From NCBI GenBank assembly GCA_910587775.1, contig CAJUNF010000005.1:1-58596 (forward strand): a DNA stretch of 58,596 nt, written 5' to 3'. Under the pieces are notes generated by a model. The model searched no databases. It was not told the DNA's origin and worked only from the letters and a program-made list of their open reading frames with translations. A program made the translations under genes and the position numbers. Source of the stretch: an uncultured Bacilli bacterium (GTDB lineage: Bacteria; Bacillota_I; Bacilli_A; RF39; UBA660). This document shows positions 58,542 through 58,596 of the stretch, one piece after another. The first letter of the stretch is position 1. Each line of letters starts with the position of its first letter.

Positions 58542-58596
58542 AAATAAATAACCACGTCTAAAAGGCGTGGTATTCACACAGCCTATAAGGCTGAAA
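58542..58596. repeat. 55-bp direct repeat, copy 2 (runs into the window end)
   Basis: Identical to 57824-57878 at an offset of 718 bp. It may continue beyond the window. Confidence 0.9.

Overview
This is an AT-rich (roughly 70% A+T by eye) chromosomal segment from a low-GC, spore-forming Firmicute. It carries sigG, ylmC/ymxH and a sirA-like gene, and its gene order mirrors the Bacillus subtilis yrr, yne and ylm blocks. Nearly all genes are on the minus strand. No rRNA, tRNA or CRISPR array was seen. LEFT 33 kb (77-33062): an accessory surface-protein locus. It holds six consecutive secreted proteins (about 9,400 codons) built only from beta-sandwich repeats: 10 Big_2 domains and about 70 cadherin-like domains. 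Four end in dockerin-type duplicated Ca-binding segments and four begin with cohesin-like modules. One has an NPQTG sorting signal that matches a class B sortase gene at the far end of the locus, and one is membrane-anchored. The two largest proteins (2,705 and 3,094 aa) carry five copies of an ordered glycine-rich domain of the type related to the ALK/LTK receptor glycine-rich domain. These two genes are a colinear tandem duplicate with duplicated promoters and a 546-bp near-identical 3' end. No enzyme domain is present, so this is not a cellulosome; I consider it the candidate novel system. RIGHT 25 kb: housekeeping genes. In order these are lon, tig, greA, the U32/trmR tRNA-modification genes, mltG, ruvX, ireB-like, a 2.1-kb XRE/amidoligase islet, a short-form alaS behind an Ala T-box leader, an AI-2E permease, yneF, a sirA-like gene, a transketolase homologue with degenerate catalytic motifs, an SOS-regulated small membrane protein divergent from lexA, a rhomboid protease, rluD, lspA, ylmC, sigG and an IS200-type element at the window edge. 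All domain calls come from reading motifs in the translations; no searches were run.
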